Assembly: GCA_963764165.1 (NCBI GenBank)
Contig: CAVXRD010000001.1
Span: 608,001 to 672,000 of the forward strand
Reading direction: 5' to 3'
DNA: 64,000 nucleotides
Origin: an uncultured Verrucomicrobiae bacterium
GTDB taxonomy: Bacteria; Verrucomicrobiota; Verrucomicrobiia; Limisphaerales; Palsa-1400
Part shown: positions 20,416 through 29,422 of the stretch, one piece after another
Position numbering within the stretch: the first letter of the stretch is position 1
Layout: each line of letters opens with the position of its first letter
Translations under genes and position numbers: made by a program
Notes under the pieces: generated by a model
Database searches by the model: none
What the model saw: the letters and a program-made list of their open reading frames with translations, nothing else
Told to the model about the DNA's origin: nothing

Positions 20416-23400
20416 ATGAATCCTAAACGCATTTCTTCCGCAAACTGTATTCTGCCTGTGATCGGGTTGCTGGCTTTCGGCATGGCACTCGGGCTGACGG
20501 TCGCGCGCGGCGACACTTACAACCTCGGCAAGGTCAAAGGCATCCATGCCTTCAACGGCTCCGAGGCCGCGCGAAAACTGCTGGAAAAAAACGGCTTTGT
20601 CGTCACAGACCCGGCTTTCAAGCAAATCTTCGAGCCGTACATCCGCAGCCCCATGAGTGGCGATCCTTCCGCGAGCGATTCCCGCGACGATCTGCTGCCC
20701 GCTTTTATCACCGTCGATTCCGCCTGGCATACTTACCACGTCATTTTCGAGGAAGGCGTCAAGGAACTGGAGGAATTCCAATGTGATCATCTGGCCGGAT
20801 TTTCCAAGGCTCTGGTGGCGTCCGCACGGCAGAATTCTTTGCCAGAAATCGCATCCTACGCCTCCATCGGGCTGGCTCTGCAAGATCCATCCGCCCGCAA
20901 TGCGCTCAGTTCTGGGGAGAAATCGATTGTCGAATCGCTGTTGAGCGGCTCGGCGAATGTCGCCGTTCCAATTGGCTTTGAGTTATCGCCTCTGCAATTC
21001 CGGGCTCAAAGCTTCTACACGCAATCTCCGGAGTTGAGCGCTTACTTTGCGGCGCGTCAATGGTACGGCGGCGTGGTGTTCCGGCTTGCCGATTCCCATG
21101 AGACGGACCTCGCTCTCAAGCTTGCAACTCTGGTTAACAGCGACACCAATCTTTTTGCCCAATGGAAGCAACTGACGGAGCCGTATGACTCAATGCTCTC
21201 GCTCCCTGAGGATGGCACGGTTCCCATCTACGCCGCAGCCAGAAAGGCCGGGGCGACTGACAAAGTCATGCAAAAACTCCGTGACACGGTGCCCTCCCCT
21301 CTCATCAGCGATCAGCAACTCTCGCCGGACGACTATTCCAATTTCGGCCAATCCACCCGCGGATTTCGTTTGCTGCCGCCTCGGAGTTTGCCGTGCTCCA
21401 TTTGTTTTCACAAAAGCACGGATCCGGCCATCCCCGGCCGCGCTTATCCCAGCGGGCTTGATTTCATGGTTTCGTCCCCGGTGTTGCGTTCGCCCGCAGC
21501 GATTCGAGCCGCGCAATCCCAATTTGGACAAGCCACCGTGGAAGCCTTGCTCAAAATCGACGCCAGCCCGCTGCCCGATTCGCTCTACGGCGAATCGATG
21601 AAGCTGTTATCGCAATTGCAACAAGCTCCTCCAAATTCCGTTGCGCCGGTTTTTCGCACCCCAGCCTGGAACGATCTGCAACTTTGGACGCAGCTTTCCG
21701 GTTGGGCCGAGCAGCGCCATACATGGGCTTTGCATGCGAAACTTACCGTCTTCTATAACGGCATAACGGATCCACCGCCCGGAATTGTTGCGCCTTATCC
21801 TGGCTTTTTTGCCGGGCTCGCCAAATTATCGAGAGACTCCGCCAACGCCCTGCGCAAAGCTGGTTACGAGGGGCCGTTCGACCCGAAAGCTGTGGCGGTC
21901 GAGATGATGACGCAGATGTCGAAGCCTCAGACACACTTGTATGACGAAGAAGCCATGTCGAGAAGCGGCAACCAATTCAGCCAGTTCTTCACTCAATTCT
22001 ATTCGGAGCACGAAAAGGAAATGGCTCAAAGCACGGACCAATGGGAGAAGACCATGACGAATCTCCAGACGATGGCGGCGCGGGTGGCTCAAACCGGCGG
22101 CGCCACATCTGACGACATCGCGACGCTGAAATTGTTTTACAACTCTCGCGTGCCGATGGCTGACACGCTCTCCAATTTTGCGGGAACGTGCGACCGCCTC
22201 GCTGATCTGGCGACAAAATGCCGCGATGGCCGCGCCTTGTCTCCGGACGACGCGGAATGGATCAGAAAGTACGGCGAAACCCTGGCCAACTACCACTTCT
22301 ATTACGGCAATTCCTATGATGTTCCCCTTGATAACTTCCCCATCGCAACCCGCGTTTATTCCAACCCGCTGAAAAGCGCCATGTTCTACGCTGGCTTGAC
22401 TCGGCCGAAGGCAATATATCTGATCGCCAACAACCAACTCTATCGCGGCGCGGTGATGACCTACCGCGAGTTCGTCCGCCCCGACAACCAATTGCTCGAC
22501 GACGATTCGTGGCGCGACCTCGTCTCCAAAGGCCAGGAACAGCCCGCGCCCGCCTTTACAAAGTCCTTCTGCCCTCAACGCTCGTTGGCGGAATGGATGG
22601 AAGCAATGAACGCCGTGCGCCTTGACGCCTATCAAGATCGGCAGGAGATTCTTTCGCAACTCTCTTCCAGTGCCACCGAAAGCGACTTGCCGGCGCTCAT
22701 CAAACTCATGGAGTCCTCCGCTGAACGCGATCCCGAGCTTTTAGCGAATCTCGCCCATACAATCGCTTTTTTGCCGTGTCAACAATACGAGATTCCGTTG
22801 CTCAAACTTCTCAGTGCGAGCAACGCCGCGCTCGGCGATGCTTCGGCATTCATTCTGACGAATTTGGGCGCAAAGCTGGATACCGCCCCGATTGTCGCGT
22901 CCTTTGATAAAGAGACTCCCCGCGTCCAACGTCTTCGACTGGTCGTCCTTCAGACGGTTGCGACAACCAACGGGGCGGCGGCGAATGTTATTTTTCAAGC
23001 GCTCAAGAATACGAATGACGGAGTGCGATGGCAGGCGGTGCAGGCCCTTCTGAGTGCGCGTTTGACGAATAGCTCCGCAAAGGATGCATTGCTCGCGTCG
23101 CTCAAAGACACAAATGTGTTTGTGGCCGAGAATGCCGCCCGCGGTGTTTCGCGTCTTGGCGAAACGAACGCCTGCGAAAACATATTGGCCGAACTGAAAC
23201 TTCGCGTGGCCCACCCGCCGTCCGACGATGAGGAGCAGAGCCAGCTTTCGGCCGTGTCATTTTCTGACGGCTACGAACGTTCAAAGAGCCGCTTTAGCAG
23301 CAATTCCAACATTCTCGACCCAGACGGCCAATTGGGACGGGTGGACTTCGTCATGCGCCGGAGAGCGCCCAATTTGCAGCGCGTCAATGTCATGGCTATA

Positions 23401-23895
23401 AATCCGCGGGTCGTCGATTTCATGCAGGAGCGCGATTTCGACGCGCTTGACAGATGGATTCAGCTCGTGGGAACCCTCAAGTGCCCCGGAGCCGAGGAGT
23501 ATTTTCTCGGCCTGCTTTCCGGCGACCGCAGAACCGCGGCGTTTTCCGCCCTGCAAAAACTTGGCTCGCAGCGCCTCCTGGATCAGACCCTCGCTGCGGC
23601 AATCGATTCGCACGGGGCGTTGGAAATCCGTGTGCAGGCATTGATTGACCTCTCCCGGCTTAACGCCACTAATCAGTTGTGCGCGATCGTCCCGCTCCTC
23701 GACGACAAGACACCCATTCCAGGAACGGAATCCCCGCGCCTGCCCGCCCGCAGAATCTGCGACTGCGCGGCGCAGACCATCGCCATCTTGCGGGGCGAAG
23801 GACGCAACTTGCCGCTTCTCCTCATGAGAGATCCCGATGAGCTGATCGCTCGATTGAAAAATGAGCCACAGATGGGCACAGATCAACACAGATAG
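20416..23895 (+). CDS. Secreted DUF3160-like protein with C-terminal HEAT-like repeats
   Basis: Signal peptide; LLEKNGFVV, PAFITVDS..HTYH, WAEQRHTWALHAK and GAVMTYREF...LDDDSW motifs; helical repeats such as DGVRWQAVQAL and VFVAENAARGV. Confidence 0.75.
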   Translation: MNPKRISSANCILPVIGLLAFGMALGLTVARGDTYNLGKVKGIHAFNGSEAARKLLEKNGFVVTDPAFKQIFEPYIRSPMSGDPSASDSRDDLLPAFITVDSAWHTYHVIFEEGVKELEEFQCDHLAGFSKALVASARQNSLPEIASYASIGLALQDPSARNALSSGEKSIVESLLSGSANVAVPIGFELSPLQFRAQSFYTQSPELSAYFAARQWYGGVVFRLADSHETDLALKLATLVNSDTNLFAQWKQLTEPYDSMLSLPEDGTVPIYAAARKAGATDKVMQKLRDTVPSPLISDQQLSPDDYSNFGQSTRGFRLLPPRSLPCSICFHKSTDPAIPGRAYPSGLDFMVSSPVLRSPAAIRAAQSQFGQATVEALLKIDASPLPDSLYGESMKLLSQLQQAPPNSVAPVFRTPAWNDLQLWTQLSGWAEQRHTWALHAKLTVFYNGITDPPPGIVAPYPGFFAGLAKLSRDSANALRKAGYEGPFDPKAVAVEMMTQMSKPQTHLYDEEAMSRSGNQFSQFFTQFYSEHEKEMAQSTDQWEKTMTNLQTMAARVAQTGGATSDDIATLKLFYNSRVPMADTLSNFAGTCDRLADLATKCRDGRALSPDDAEWIRKYGETLANYHFYYGNSYDVPLDNFPIATRVYSNPLKSAMFYAGLTRPKAIYLIANNQLYRGAVMTYREFVRPDNQLLDDDSWRDLVSKGQEQPAPAFTKSFCPQRSLAEWMEAMNAVRLDAYQDRQEILSQLSSSATESDLPALIKLMESSAERDPELLANLAHTIAFLPCQQYEIPLLKLLSASNAALGDASAFILTNLGAKLDTAPIVASFDKETPRVQRLRLVVLQTVATTNGAAANVIFQALKNTNDGVRWQAVQALLSARLTNSSAKDALLASLKDTNVFVAENAARGVSRLGETNACENILAELKLRVAHPPSDDEEQSQLSAVSFSDGYERSKSRFSSNSNILDPDGQLGRVDFVMRRRAPNLQRVNVMAINPRVVDFMQERDFDALDRWIQLVGTLKCPGAEEYFLGLLSGDRRTAAFSALQKLGSQRLLDQTLAAAIDSHGALEIRVQALIDLSRLNATNQLCAIVPLLDDKTPIPGTESPRLPARRICDCAAQTIAILRGEGRNLPLLLMRDPDELIARLKNEPQMGTDQHR

Positions 23896-24043
23896 GAACT
23901 GAAAAAACGAGCTGCAGATGGATGCGATAAAATTGATTAGAAGGAGAAGAAAAGCAGGAGGACCGTTCGCCCATGGCGTTTTGGGGCGACACGCGCCAAG
24001 CGCGCTTTTTTAAAATCTGTGTTGATCTGTGTCAATCTGTGGC
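23865..24043. repeat. MITE-like element bounded by 29-bp inverted decamer-periodic CAGAT repeats
   Basis: GCCACAGATGGGCACAGATCAACACAGAT (23865-23893) matches the reverse complement of 24015-24043 at 27/29; overlaps the end of the DUF3160 gene. Confidence 0.8.
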
Positions 24044-24077
24044 CCCCCGCCCGCTGGGGACACCGGGGAATTCCCTT

Positions 24078-24123
24078 GTCACCAGTTCTGGCGACTTTCG
24101 GGTTTGCGGGGATGGGCTATGCT
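24078..24123 (+). promoter_or_regulatory. Candidate promoter with upstream palindromic operator, copy 1
   Basis: GTCACCAG-TT-CTGGCGAC (24078-24095), then CTTTCG-N17-TATGCT. Boxes are conserved in copy 2 while the spacer differs. Confidence 0.55.
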
Positions 24124-24129
24124 GTTCAC

Positions 24130-24268
24130 AGTTAACGGAGCGAAATGCGGTTGTTTCCGTGAAAAGTGTCAGCGTGGTCCGCAGCGCTGCTTCGAAGACA
24201 GAAAAGACTTAAAGTTGTTCTCAAGTCAGAGAGGGCCGGGCCTGAAAACCCCGGCCCTTCTGTTTTTT
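24130..24268 (+). ncRNA. Candidate structured small RNA, copy 1
   Basis: Stems ACGGA/TCCGT, CAGCG/CGCTG and GACTT/AAGTC, then a terminator; almost invariant between copies. Confidence 0.55.
24232..24268 (+). terminator. Rho-independent terminator
   Basis: AGGGCCGGG-loop-CCCGGCCCT followed by TCTGTTTTTT. Confidence 0.85.
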
Positions 24269-24272
24269 CTGT

Positions 24273-25271
24273 TTAACCCACAAGAATCGCGGTCGCAATG
24301 ACCGCAACGGTGAGAATCAGGCCCGCACACAATATCCGGTGCTTGTTGCACCAGAATTGCCAACTGAAATTCTTGGCGCGCCCATCAAAGGAGCCGTGAG
24401 CCGAGTAATCGCCGGGAACGGATTCCCACAAATTGCTCGGCTGGCTTTCGTCTCGCGGCTCGTCGGTTTGCTGGCTCTTGAATCCGGTGCGGGCCAGGTA
24501 TCGATCAAGCAATCCAGGCGCGAGTTTGTTGCCGAGGATGGCCTTCACGGTCGGAAGCCCAACGTAAAGTTCGCGCCGCCGATGGGTCGCGGCATAGACG
24601 ATCGCATCCGCCGCAATCTCCGGCTGAAAGATGGGAGGGACTGGCTGCGCTTTCTTGGGCAGACGGCTTTTCACCCAGGCGAATTGCGGCGTGTTGACGG
24701 CGGGCATTTCCACGATGCAAACGTGGATGTCCTTTTTGTCATGCAAAAGCTCGCAGCGGAGCGAATCCACGAAGCCTTCGATGGCATGCTTGGCCGCGCA
24801 ATAGGCTGATTGCAGCGGAATGCCGCGATAAGCCAGCGCCGAGCCGACCTGGATGATCGCGCCGCGATTGCGCGGCCGCATACGGCGCAAAGCCGCTAAT
24901 GTGCCCCAAACACAGCCAAGATACGTGACATCCGTCACGCGCCGGAATTCTTCCGGCTGCATTTCGATGATCGGCGAGAAGACGGAAACCATGGCGTTGT
25001 TCACCCAGATGTCGATGGCGCCAAACTGCCTTTCCAATTCATCCGCCGCCGACTCGACGGCCTTTTCATCCGCCACATCGGCCACCAGCACAACCGCGCG
25101 GCCGCCCAATTCCTCAACCTCCTTCTTTGCCGCCTCCAGCCGCTCCCGATTGCGCGCCAAAAGCCCAATCAAAGCGCCGCGCTTGGCGAAGGCGCGGGCC
25201 GTGGCGCGGCCAATTCCGGCGCTGGCCCCGGTGATCATCACCACTTCACGCTCGATCGGTTGCTCGCTCAT
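24273..25271 (-). CDS. SDR family oxidoreductase with C-terminal extension
   Basis: TGASAGIG, VNNA, YCAAK. Confidence 0.92.
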   Translation of the reverse strand: MSEQPIEREVVMITGASAGIGRATARAFAKRGALIGLLARNRERLEAAKKEVEELGGRAVVLVADVADEKAVESAADELERQFGAIDIWVNNAMVSVFSPIIEMQPEEFRRVTDVTYLGCVWGTLAALRRMRPRNRGAIIQVGSALAYRGIPLQSAYCAAKHAIEGFVDSLRCELLHDKKDIHVCIVEMPAVNTPQFAWVKSRLPKKAQPVPPIFQPEIAADAIVYAATHRRRELYVGLPTVKAILGNKLAPGLLDRYLARTGFKSQQTDEPRDESQPSNLWESVPGDYSAHGSFDGRAKNFSWQFWCNKHRILCAGLILTVAVIATAILVG

Positions 25272-25283
25272 CAGTCAAATAAA

Positions 25284-28200
25284 TTACTTCGCCTCTTCCA
25301 GCGCCTGGACGGAGTTGCGCCGCCCCAATTCCGATTGCTCCTGCATTTCAGGAACCGTCATCTTGGGGTAAATTTCCTTTCCTTCGGGATTGGCGCGGCT
25401 GCCTTCCCGCAGCACTTTGGCGACGACTTCCGCCAGGTGCATTGGCTCTTTGCACGCGAGCTGCTGGACTTGCTCGCGGCAACTGAAGCCGTCCATCACA
25501 ATTAAAATATCCTGCGCCGCTTCGCGAACGGCGGGCAGCAGGACGCGCTCGCCGCATTTCACCGACACGTCGTAATGCTCGGTCTCGAAACCAAACGAGC
25601 CAGCCATGCCGCAGCAGCCCGAATCCAAAATCTCAAATTCCAAGCCAAGGCGCTTGAGCAACTTTTCCTCGGCGGACATTCCGATCACGGCGTGCTGGTG
25701 GCAATGCCCGTGGACGATGGCTTTGCGCGACAGTTTCGGAAAGTCGAATTTGCTTTCGCTGAGAAATTCGCCGAGCGTTTTTGTTTGCTGAGTCAGGCGC
25801 GCGGCATCTTCGTCGAAGGGAAAGAGCCTCTTCAACTCATCGCGAAACACGGAAACGCAGCTTGGCTCAAGGCCCACAACAGGCAGGCCTTCGCGGATTT
25901 CCTGGCGCATGGAGAGGAGAATTTCGGCGAGCCTTTTCTTCGCCTCGTCGAGCATGCCAAAATCGTAAAGCGGCCGGCCGCAGCACAATTTCTCCTCCGG
26001 CAAAATGACACGGCAGCCGATTTTTTCCAGCACGGTGACGGCCGCCTTGGGAATTTGCGGATGAAAATAATTGTTGAAGGTGTCAACCCAGAGAATGACG
26101 CGCGGCTTGTCTTCGTTTTCGATCAACCGCCGTTTCCACCAGGCGCGAAATGTCTCGGGCGCGAATTGCGGCAGAGTTCTCTTTTGCGAAATGCCGCCGA
26201 TCCATTTGATGAAATTCCCCACGACTGGCAGGCGGCCCATCCAATTCACCAATCCCGGCATTCGCGAGGCAAATCCCGCCCACCTGCGAATCAGTCCCAT
26301 CGAATAAGCATGGCGGGGGCGGAGGCGGCCCTCGTAATAATGGGAAAGGAACTCCGCCTTGTAAGTGGCCATGTCGACGTGCATGGGACAATCTGATTGA
26401 CAGCCTTTGCAGGCGAGGCAGAGGTCTAGGCCCTCGCGCACTTCCTCGCTGCGCCAGCCGTCGCGGATGACTTCCCCTTGCAGCATTTCAAAGAGGAGCC
26501 GCGCCCGTCCGCGGGTGGAGTGCTTTTCCTCGCGGGTGACCATGTAGCTGGGGCACATCGTGCCGGTATCGCCACGGCGGCATTTTCCGACGCCCACGCA
26601 GCGGAGCATCGTTTCCGGGAAATTCCCGCCATCTTCGCCGTAGTGAAATTTTGTTTCCGGCTGCCACGGATTATAATTGACACCGAGCCGGAGATTCTCG
26701 TTGTTGTGGAAGGCGTTGACGACCTTGCCGGGATTCATTTTATTTTCAGGATCCCAGATGTTCTTGAATTCCCGGAAGGCCTGCACCAATTCGTCGCCGA
26801 ACATGATGGGCAGCAAATCCGCCTTCGATTGGCCATCCCCATGTTCGCCGGAAATGGAACCGCCGAGGCTCACCACCAGCTCGGCGGCCTCGGTGACGAA
26901 TTCGCGGAATTTCTTGATGCCCGCCGCGTTCTTCAATCCGAAATCAATGCGGGTATGAATGCAGCCGTCGCCGAAATGGCCGTAAAGCGAGCAGCCGTAT
27001 CCGAATTTATTATAGAGCTTCCTCAGTTCGCGAAGGTAAACGCCAACGCGATCGGGCGGCACGGCGCTGTCCTCCCAGCCTTCCCAAGTGACAGGTTCGC
27101 CCGGAACCCGCGCGGTGGCTCCCAGACCGGCCTCGCGGACTTCCCAGATTTTCTTCTCCTCCCGCGGATCGTCGTAAAGTTTCATGCTGGGAGCATTGGG
27201 CAGCTTCTTCAAAGCCGCCATGACAGCGCGCGCTTTTGCATCCGATTCTTCCCGCGTCTTGCCGCCGAATTCCGCAATCAGCCAGCCCTTGCCGTCCGGC
27301 ATCAGCTTGAGCGCATCGCCATGCATTTTGAGCTTTCGCATGTTCTTCTCGAGCACATCATCGACGCCCTCCAAACCCAGCGGGCCGTGGGCGAGCACTT
27401 CCATGACATGGTCTCCGGCGGTGTAAACATCCGGATAACCGAGGGCGATGATGGTGCGGGCGGGCGGGCTGTAAATGAGGCGCGCCTTCGCCTCCAGCAC
27501 GGCCACGCAAGTTCCCTCCGTCCCGACCAGCGCGCGCGCCACGTTGAAGCCCTTTTCCGGCAACAATTGATCCAGGTTGTAACCGGAAACGCGGCGGGGA
27601 ATTTTCGGATATTTTCTGCGGATGAGTTCCGCGTATTTGACAGCCAGGATTTTCATCCGGCGGTAAATTTCAGCGCGGCGGCCGCCTTCGCTGACGATCC
27701 TCTGAAATTCCTCCTCGCTCGTTTCCCCGACTTTCATGCGCAGGCCGTCGTAAGTCAGCACCTCCATCTCGATGATATTTTCGACCGTCTTGCCGCCCAT
27801 CACGGAATGGACGCCGCACGAGTTGTTGCCAATCATGCCGCCCAGCGTGCAATGATTGTGGGTGGAAGGATCGGGCGCGAAGGTGAGATGATGCTTCTCC
27901 GCTTCCGCCCGCAAATCATCAAGCACGATGCCCGGCTGGATGCGCGCGAAGGCTTTTTCCGGATTTAATTCCAAAATGTGGCGCAGGTATTTGGAAAAAT
28001 CCAAGACGACGGCGACATTGCAGCACTGTCCCGCCAGGCTTGTTCCCCCGCCCCGCGAAAGAACCGGAGCGCCCACCTCGCGGCAGGCCGCGACCGTTTT
28101 CACCACGTCCTCAATGCTCTTCGGCACGACGACGCCGATGGGGATTTGCCGGTAATTCGACGAATCTGTCGAGTACAATGCCCGCGCACCGCTGTCAAAA

Positions 28201-28316
28201 CGAACTTCGCCTTCGAGGCGGCCTTTGAGCAATTCAGCGAGGCGCCTGGCATCGCCAGTCCAATCGTTGCCAGGTTCGTGGCGGCGATGGGATTCAGGGG
28301 GCTTGTGTGATTTCAT
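25284..28316 (-). CDS. FAD-binding and Fe-S-binding oxidoreductase (D-lactate dehydrogenase/YdiJ-like, GlcD+GlcF architecture)
   Basis: RGGGTSLAGQ, GGMIGNNSCG, GEHGDG, CVGVGKC, CLACKGCQSDCP and CCG motifs. Confidence 0.92.
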   Translation of the reverse strand: MKSHKPPESHRRHEPGNDWTGDARRLAELLKGRLEGEVRFDSGARALYSTDSSNYRQIPIGVVVPKSIEDVVKTVAACREVGAPVLSRGGGTSLAGQCCNVAVVLDFSKYLRHILELNPEKAFARIQPGIVLDDLRAEAEKHHLTFAPDPSTHNHCTLGGMIGNNSCGVHSVMGGKTVENIIEMEVLTYDGLRMKVGETSEEEFQRIVSEGGRRAEIYRRMKILAVKYAELIRRKYPKIPRRVSGYNLDQLLPEKGFNVARALVGTEGTCVAVLEAKARLIYSPPARTIIALGYPDVYTAGDHVMEVLAHGPLGLEGVDDVLEKNMRKLKMHGDALKLMPDGKGWLIAEFGGKTREESDAKARAVMAALKKLPNAPSMKLYDDPREEKKIWEVREAGLGATARVPGEPVTWEGWEDSAVPPDRVGVYLRELRKLYNKFGYGCSLYGHFGDGCIHTRIDFGLKNAAGIKKFREFVTEAAELVVSLGGSISGEHGDGQSKADLLPIMFGDELVQAFREFKNIWDPENKMNPGKVVNAFHNNENLRLGVNYNPWQPETKFHYGEDGGNFPETMLRCVGVGKCRRGDTGTMCPSYMVTREEKHSTRGRARLLFEMLQGEVIRDGWRSEEVREGLDLCLACKGCQSDCPMHVDMATYKAEFLSHYYEGRLRPRHAYSMGLIRRWAGFASRMPGLVNWMGRLPVVGNFIKWIGGISQKRTLPQFAPETFRAWWKRRLIENEDKPRVILWVDTFNNYFHPQIPKAAVTVLEKIGCRVILPEEKLCCGRPLYDFGMLDEAKKRLAEILLSMRQEIREGLPVVGLEPSCVSVFRDELKRLFPFDEDAARLTQQTKTLGEFLSESKFDFPKLSRKAIVHGHCHQHAVIGMSAEEKLLKRLGLEFEILDSGCCGMAGSFGFETEHYDVSVKCGERVLLPAVREAAQDILIVMDGFSCREQVQQLACKEPMHLAEVVAKVLREGSRANPEGKEIYPKMTVPEMQEQSELGRRNSVQALEEAK

Positions 28317-29407
28317 ATGTCGACCTTGAAACCGGATATATCCTGCTCTTTCAGCTCGAGTCCGAGTCCCAGCTCGGAGTCGCTGGGAATGAGAAATCCA
28401 TTTTTATGCCTGACTGTCGCGCCCTCGAAGAACATTTGCTCGATGCGCGCGTGATCGTGAAAATACTCAACGTGGCGGGAAGGCTTGGTGGCGCAGCAGA
28501 GATGCGCGTGCAGCGCGGGCGCAGTATGGGCGGAGAGGGGGATTCCAAAAGTCTCGCAGAGCGCCGCCGTCTGCAAGAAGCCAGTCACGCCGCAACGGGT
28601 GGCATCCGCCTGGAGGACATCCACCGCCTGGGCCGCAAGCATTTGCTTCGCCTGAATGGCGTCGTAGTTGTATTCGCCCGCCGCGATTTCGATTCTGGCT
28701 GGAAAGCGCCGCCGCAGAAAGGCCAGCCCGTCCAAATCGTCGGAGCTGACCGGCTCCTCGAACCAACTGACGTCCTGGCCGGCGAAGTGAAGCGCAAAAT
28801 CCATCGCGATTTTCGCCGAGTAAGCGCCGTTGGCATCAACAAACAATTCCGCTTCATCCTTGATGACCTCGCGAGCCCATATCACCCGGGGGACATCGAC
28901 CGACGGGGACCGCCCCACTTTCATCTTGACCATGCGAATCCCCTCCCCAACCCAATTCGCCATTTGCCGCTGCAGCTCCTTGCGCGAGTAGGACGTGAAC
29001 CCGCCACTGCCATAAACGGGAATTTTTTCGCGAATGCCGCCCAGCAATTTCACCAGCGCCAGCTTCAGCAGTTTGGCTTTCAAATCCCAGAGAGCGATTT
29101 CCACCGCTGCGATGGCCGACGAGGCAATCCCGCGCCGCCCGGCGTTTCGGACGGCTGCGTTCATTTCGCTCCATAGCGCTGAAATGGAGAATATGGACTT
29201 GCTCTGGAGAATCGGGAAAAGCGTGTTGCGAATCAGCGGCACACAGCATTCATGCGCATAGCTGTATCCAAGCCCCGTCACTTCGCCCGCCTTGAGGCGG
29301 ACGAGGATTAAGGTGGTTGACGACCACTCGATGGTTCCGTCGGATTCGGGCAAATCCGTTGGCACCGTGTAGGCATGCACTTCGGCGGATTCCACTGTTT
29401 CATTCAC
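28313..29407 (-). CDS. Enolase superfamily, mandelate racemase/muconate lactonizing subgroup
   Basis: ALWDLKAK, KMK, VDANG, WFEEP, AAGEY, HVEYFHDH. Confidence 0.9.
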   Translation of the reverse strand: MNETVESAEVHAYTVPTDLPESDGTIEWSSTTLILVRLKAGEVTGLGYSYAHECCVPLIRNTLFPILQSKSIFSISALWSEMNAAVRNAGRRGIASSAIAAVEIALWDLKAKLLKLALVKLLGGIREKIPVYGSGGFTSYSRKELQRQMANWVGEGIRMVKMKVGRSPSVDVPRVIWAREVIKDEAELFVDANGAYSAKIAMDFALHFAGQDVSWFEEPVSSDDLDGLAFLRRRFPARIEIAAGEYNYDAIQAKQMLAAQAVDVLQADATRCGVTGFLQTAALCETFGIPLSAHTAPALHAHLCCATKPSRHVEYFHDHARIEQMFFEGATVRHKNGFLIPSDSELGLGLELKEQDISGFKVDI

Positions 29408-29422
29408 GGGCGTATCGATCCT

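Larger units (their letters stand above)
24050..24269 (+). repeat. ~220-bp direct repeat, copy 1 (copy 2 at 31347-31565)
   Basis: Near-identical to 31347-31565 at an offset of about 7297 bp. Confidence 0.95.

Noticed and set aside
24119..24301. Cys-rich peptide (MLFTVNGAKCGCFREKCQRGPQRCF...) encoded in both 220-bp repeats
   Set aside because: The frame runs through the terminator, the copies differ by a 1-nt indel and mostly non-synonymous changes, and the ATG lies within the -10-like box. A 17-aa VKSVSVVRSAASKT(E/K)KT frame cannot be fully excluded.
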